Shown here: positions 61,595-64,000 of the stretch, one piece after another | Numbering within the stretch: the stretch's first letter is position 1 | Layout: every line of letters starts with the position of its first letter | Assembly (NCBI RefSeq): GCF_009914755.1 | Contig: NC_060947.1 | Reading direction: 5' to 3' (one strand) | Origin: the human T2T-CHM13v2.0 reference genome, Homo sapiens | Length of the DNA stretch: 64,000 nucleotides | The notes under the pieces: model-generated | Database searches by the model: none | What the model saw: only the letters and a program-made list of their open reading frames with translations | Told to the model about the DNA's origin: nothing | Position numbers and translations under genes: made by a program

Positions 61595-64000
61595 TCTTTT
61601 TTATTATTTTTTCTTTTTTAAAATTTTTTATTATACTTTAAGTTCTAGGGTACATGTGCACCATGTGCAGGTTTGTTACATATCTATAAATGTGCCATGT
61701 TGGTGTGCTGCACCCATTAAGTCGTCATTTACATTAGGTATATCTCCTAATGCTATCCCTCCCCGCTCCCCCCACCCCACAACAGGCCCCGGTATGTGAT
61801 GTTCCCCTTCCAGTGTCCACGTGTTCTCATTGTTCAATTCCCACCTATGAGTGAGAACATGTGGTGTTTGGTTTTTTGTCCTTGCAATAGTTTGCTGAGA
61901 ATGATGGTTTCCAGCTTCATCCATGTCCTTACAAAGGACACGAACTCATCATTTTTTATGGCTGCATAGTATTCCATGGTGTATATGTGCCACATTGTCT
62001 TAATCCAGTCTATCATGGTTGGACATTTGGGTTGGTTCCAAGTCTTTGCTATTGTGAGTAGTGCCGCAATAAGCATACGTAGGCATGTGTCTTTATAGCA
62101 GCATGATTTATAGTCCTTTGGGTATATACCCAGTAATGGGATGGCTGGGGCAAATGGTATTTCTTGTTTAGATCCCTGAGGAATCACTACACTCTCTTCC
62201 ACAATGGTTGAACTAGTTTACAGTCCCACCAACAGTGAAAAAGTGTTCCTATTTCTCCACATCCTCTCCAGCACCTGTTGTTTCCTGACTTTTTAATGAT
62301 CGCCATTCTAACTGGTGTGAGATGATATCTCATTGTGGTTTTGATTTGCATTTCTCTGATGGCCAGTGATGATGAGCATTTTTTCATGTGTCTTTTGGCT
62401 ACCTAAATGTCTTCTTTTGAGAAGTGTCTGTTCATATCCTTTGCCCACTTGTTGATGGTGTTGTTTGTTTTTTTTTCTTGTAAATTTGTTTGAGTTCTTT
62501 GTAGATTCTGGATATTAGCCCTTTGTCAGATGAGTAGATTGCAAAAATTTTCTCCCATTCTGTAGGTTGCCTGTTCACTCTGATGGTAGTTTCTTTTGCT
62601 GTGCAGAAGCTCTTTAGTTTAATTAGATCCCATTTGTCAATTTTGGCTTTTGTTGCCATTGCTTTTGGTGTTATAGTCATGAAGTCCTTGCCCATGCCTA
62701 TGTCCTTAATGGTATTGCCTAGGCTTTCTTCTAGGGTTTTTATGGTTTTCAGTCTAACATTTAAGTCTTTAATCCATCTTGAATTAATTTTTGTATAAGG
62801 TGTAAGGAAGGGATCCAGTTTCAGCTTTCTGCTTATGGTTAGCCAGTTTTTCCCTACACCATTTATTAAATAGGGAATCCTTTTCCCATTTCTTGTTGTT
62901 GTCAAGTTTGTCAAAGATCAGGTGGTCAAAGATGAGAGGTTTTATTTCTGAGGCCTCTGTTCTGTTCCTTTGGTCTATATATCTGTTTTGGTACCAGTAC
63001 CATGCTCTTTTGGTTACCGTAGCCTTGTAATATAGTTTGAAGTCAGGTAGTGTGATGCCTCCAGCTTTGTTCTTCTTGCTTAAGATTGTCTTGGGTTTGT
63101 GGGCTCTTTATTGGTTCCATATTAACTTTAAAGTAGATTTTTCCAATTCTGTGAAGAAAGTCAATGGTATTTTGATGGGGATAGCCTTGAATCTATAAAT
63201 TACTTTGGGCAGTATGGCCATTTTCCTGATATTGATTGTTCCTATCCATGAGCATGGAATGTTCTTCCATTTCTTTGTGTCCTCTTTTATTTCCATGAGC
63301 AGTGGTTTGTAGTTCTCATAGAGGAGTTTCTTTACATCCCCCATAAGTTGTATTCCTAGGTATTTTATTCTCTTTGTAGCAATTGTGAATGGCAGTTCAC
63401 TCATGATTTGGCTCTTTTTTTGTCTGTTATTGGTGTATAGGAATGCTTGTGAGTTTTGCACATTGATTTTGTATCCTGAGACTTTGCTGAAGTTGCTTAT
63501 CAGCTTAAGGAGATTTTGGGCTGAGTCGATGGGGTTTTCTAAATATACAATCATGTCATCTACAAACAGGGACAATTTGACTTCCTCTTTTCCTATTTGA
63601 ATACCCTTTATTTCTTTCTCTTGCCTGATTGCCCTGGTCAGAACTTTCAACACTATGTTGAATAGGAGTGGTGAGAGAGGGCATCCTTTTCTTGTGCCAG
63701 TTTTCAAAGGGAATGTTTCCAGTTTTTGCCCATTCAGTATGATTTTGGCTGTGATTTTTTCATAAATACCTCTTATTATTTTGAGATACATTCCATCAAT
63801 ACCTAGTTTATTGAGAGTTTTTAGCATGAAGGGCTGTTGAATTTTGTTGAAGGCCTTTTCTTCATCTATTGAGATAATCATGTGGTTTTTGTCATTGGTT
63901 CTGTTTATGTGATGGATTGTGTTTATTGATTTGGGTATGTTGAACCAGCCTTGCATCCCAGGGATGAAACTGACTTGATCATGGTGGACAAGGTTTTTGA
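61595..64000 (-). mobile_element. L1PA5-like element, continues beyond the window
   Basis: T-rich tail, 3'UTR, ORF2 with an open 282-aa RT segment (63108-63956) in which FADD is changed to FVDD. Confidence 0.92.

Overview
AT-rich primate (most likely human or great-ape) intergenic or deep-intronic DNA made almost entirely of transposable elements. I see no host protein-coding gene, tRNA, rRNA or CRISPR array, and the ORF track is dominated by broken L1 ORF1/ORF2, ERV pol/env, Alu, MaLR and low-complexity frames. From left to right: (1) a nested stack of a full-length L1PA6-like element inside a THE1 MaLR, inside an ERVL, which abuts or sits inside a second ERVL; (2) a full-length minus-strand L1PA3 that keeps the 129-bp ZNF93 segment; (3) a 5'-inverted (twin-primed) L1PA7-like element; (4) old L1M, MLT1, MER103C, MIR and L2 fragments; (5) a MER34/MER39-type ERV1 with R-U5...U3-R-poly(A) structure, i.e. 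a probable L1-made processed copy of an ERV RNA; (6) a minus-strand MER41/MER66-type ERV remnant with an ERV-V-like env and two intact GAS motifs; (7) a two-LTR MST element; (8) an L1PA5-like element running off the window. The most notable items are the processed-ERV structure, two long fold-back hairpins (47495-47580 and 51863-52005), several templated-insertion scars and the tandem-GAS LTR. Subfamily names come from remembered consensus sequences, not a database search. I found no convincing new gene-encoded system.
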